Shown: positions 63,261-64,000 of the stretch, piece by piece
Position numbering within the stretch: the stretch's first letter is position 1
How the letters are laid out: each line of letters begins with the position of its first letter
Source: Apostichopus japonicus
Taxonomy: Eukaryota
Direction of reading: 5' to 3'
Assembly: GCF_037975245.1 (NCBI RefSeq)
Contig: NC_092564.1
Span: 11,487,891-11,551,890, forward strand
DNA: 64,000 bases
The notes under the pieces: model-generated
Database searches by the model: none
What the model was told of the DNA's origin: nothing
The model's input: only the letters and a program-made list of their open reading frames with translations
Translations under genes and position numbers: made by a program

Positions 63261-64000
63261 TATAAATATTATTGAATCTGACAGAAACTTTGCTTGAAAT
63301 CTGCTCTTTAATTTGGTGTCTCTGTTTGTATCAAACAGTAGCTAAGACCAAACTAATCCAGCTGATGGGTAGAAACTGCGTTTTTATAGTCTCAACCTCT
63401 TCTTATACATAATTATGTCTGTATGTCCTTGCACCGTATTCGTGGTTATCTCATAACTAAGATATCTAATTAATAAAACCTATAATAGTCCGACGACTTT
63501 GTGTTTATAGTGAATATTCAAGCATATAAGTGACCAAACGGCACCCTTGTAATATTTATCGTTACACGTGATCTTAATAGGCGGGACTTTTTGTTGTCCT
63601 ATTCAAGGTCAAGGACAGCTTAATTGTATTCATAATCGAGTGAACTGCTGCTTCCAAGCTTGTTATTTATTGTGTGAATATTCATGTCCTAAATGACCAC
63701 GGGTATATAGTCATACAAATTATATTTATCAGTTAGTTTACCTTAATACTTCTTAAATGGCTATAGATTCAAGGTCAATTGTAGATTAAATAATCGTAGA
63801 GATAGAAGAGATTACAGCATCGTTGCTTCATTGTTCATTTTAATATGAACAATGTATTATGTACAGAGAGCTGCACAACACTGTTCTTTCGGCAACTGTA
63901 CAATAGGTGAATCATGCACTAACATACGTGACAGTTTGATTCCACATTTATGCTTGCCAGTAAAAAGCAACGTATATACTATACGTTTGATTATATAATC

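Noticed and set aside
1-64000. Prokaryotic-style features (CRISPR array, operons, defence or anti-phage system)
   Set aside because: The sequence is unambiguously eukaryotic: spliced genes with GT-AG introns, MITEs, micro- and minisatellites. The tandem repeats present are satellites with no spacer-repeat architecture, and no cas-like ORFs exist.

Overview
This window is eukaryotic nuclear DNA, most likely from an invertebrate metazoan. It is AT-rich with GT-AG introns, micro- and minisatellites, MITEs and frequent G/C homopolymer runs. It contains no prokaryotic architecture, so no CRISPR array, operon or defence-island calls are made. Coordinates were derived by hand and may be off by 1-2 nt.

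Layout:
1. 1-6100: a dense nest of MITE-like repeats. One family has GGATCC-containing terminal inverted repeats (TIRs, CAGGGGCGGATCCAGG) and a palindromic GCGCCAACCGATGGTGGCGC core.
2. 6889-15106 (+): a clear UBXN4/UBXD2 (erasin) orthologue with 11 coding exons, phase-consistent and ~482 aa. Its UBX domain and C-terminus align with human UBXN4.
3. 18002-26108 (-), convergent with UBXN4: a multi-exon glycoside hydrolase family 81 (GH81) endo-beta-1,3-glucanase gene. At least 10 phase-consistent exons encode >=766 aa, and all GH81 signature motifs are present. GH81 is atypical for animals, so this is the most notable gene here.
4. 27360-27430 (-): a tRNA-like sequence with anticodon AUA, next to a (TA)n tract. 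27683-28672: a ~990-bp TIR-bounded element.
5. 28681-34822 (-): a modular gene built entirely of phase-1 symmetric exons. It encodes an N-terminal signal-anchor TM segment, two Kunitz/BPTI domains and an unassigned C-terminal region.
6. 35-64 kb: gene-poor. It holds a family of at least five short minus-strand ORFs/exons, each encoding a cytoplasmic tail plus TM helix with a shared (I/V)L(Y/W)xG(L/V)T motif. Some end in phase-1 donors. The region also holds two satellite arrays, GA-rich low-complexity tracts and many poly-G runs.
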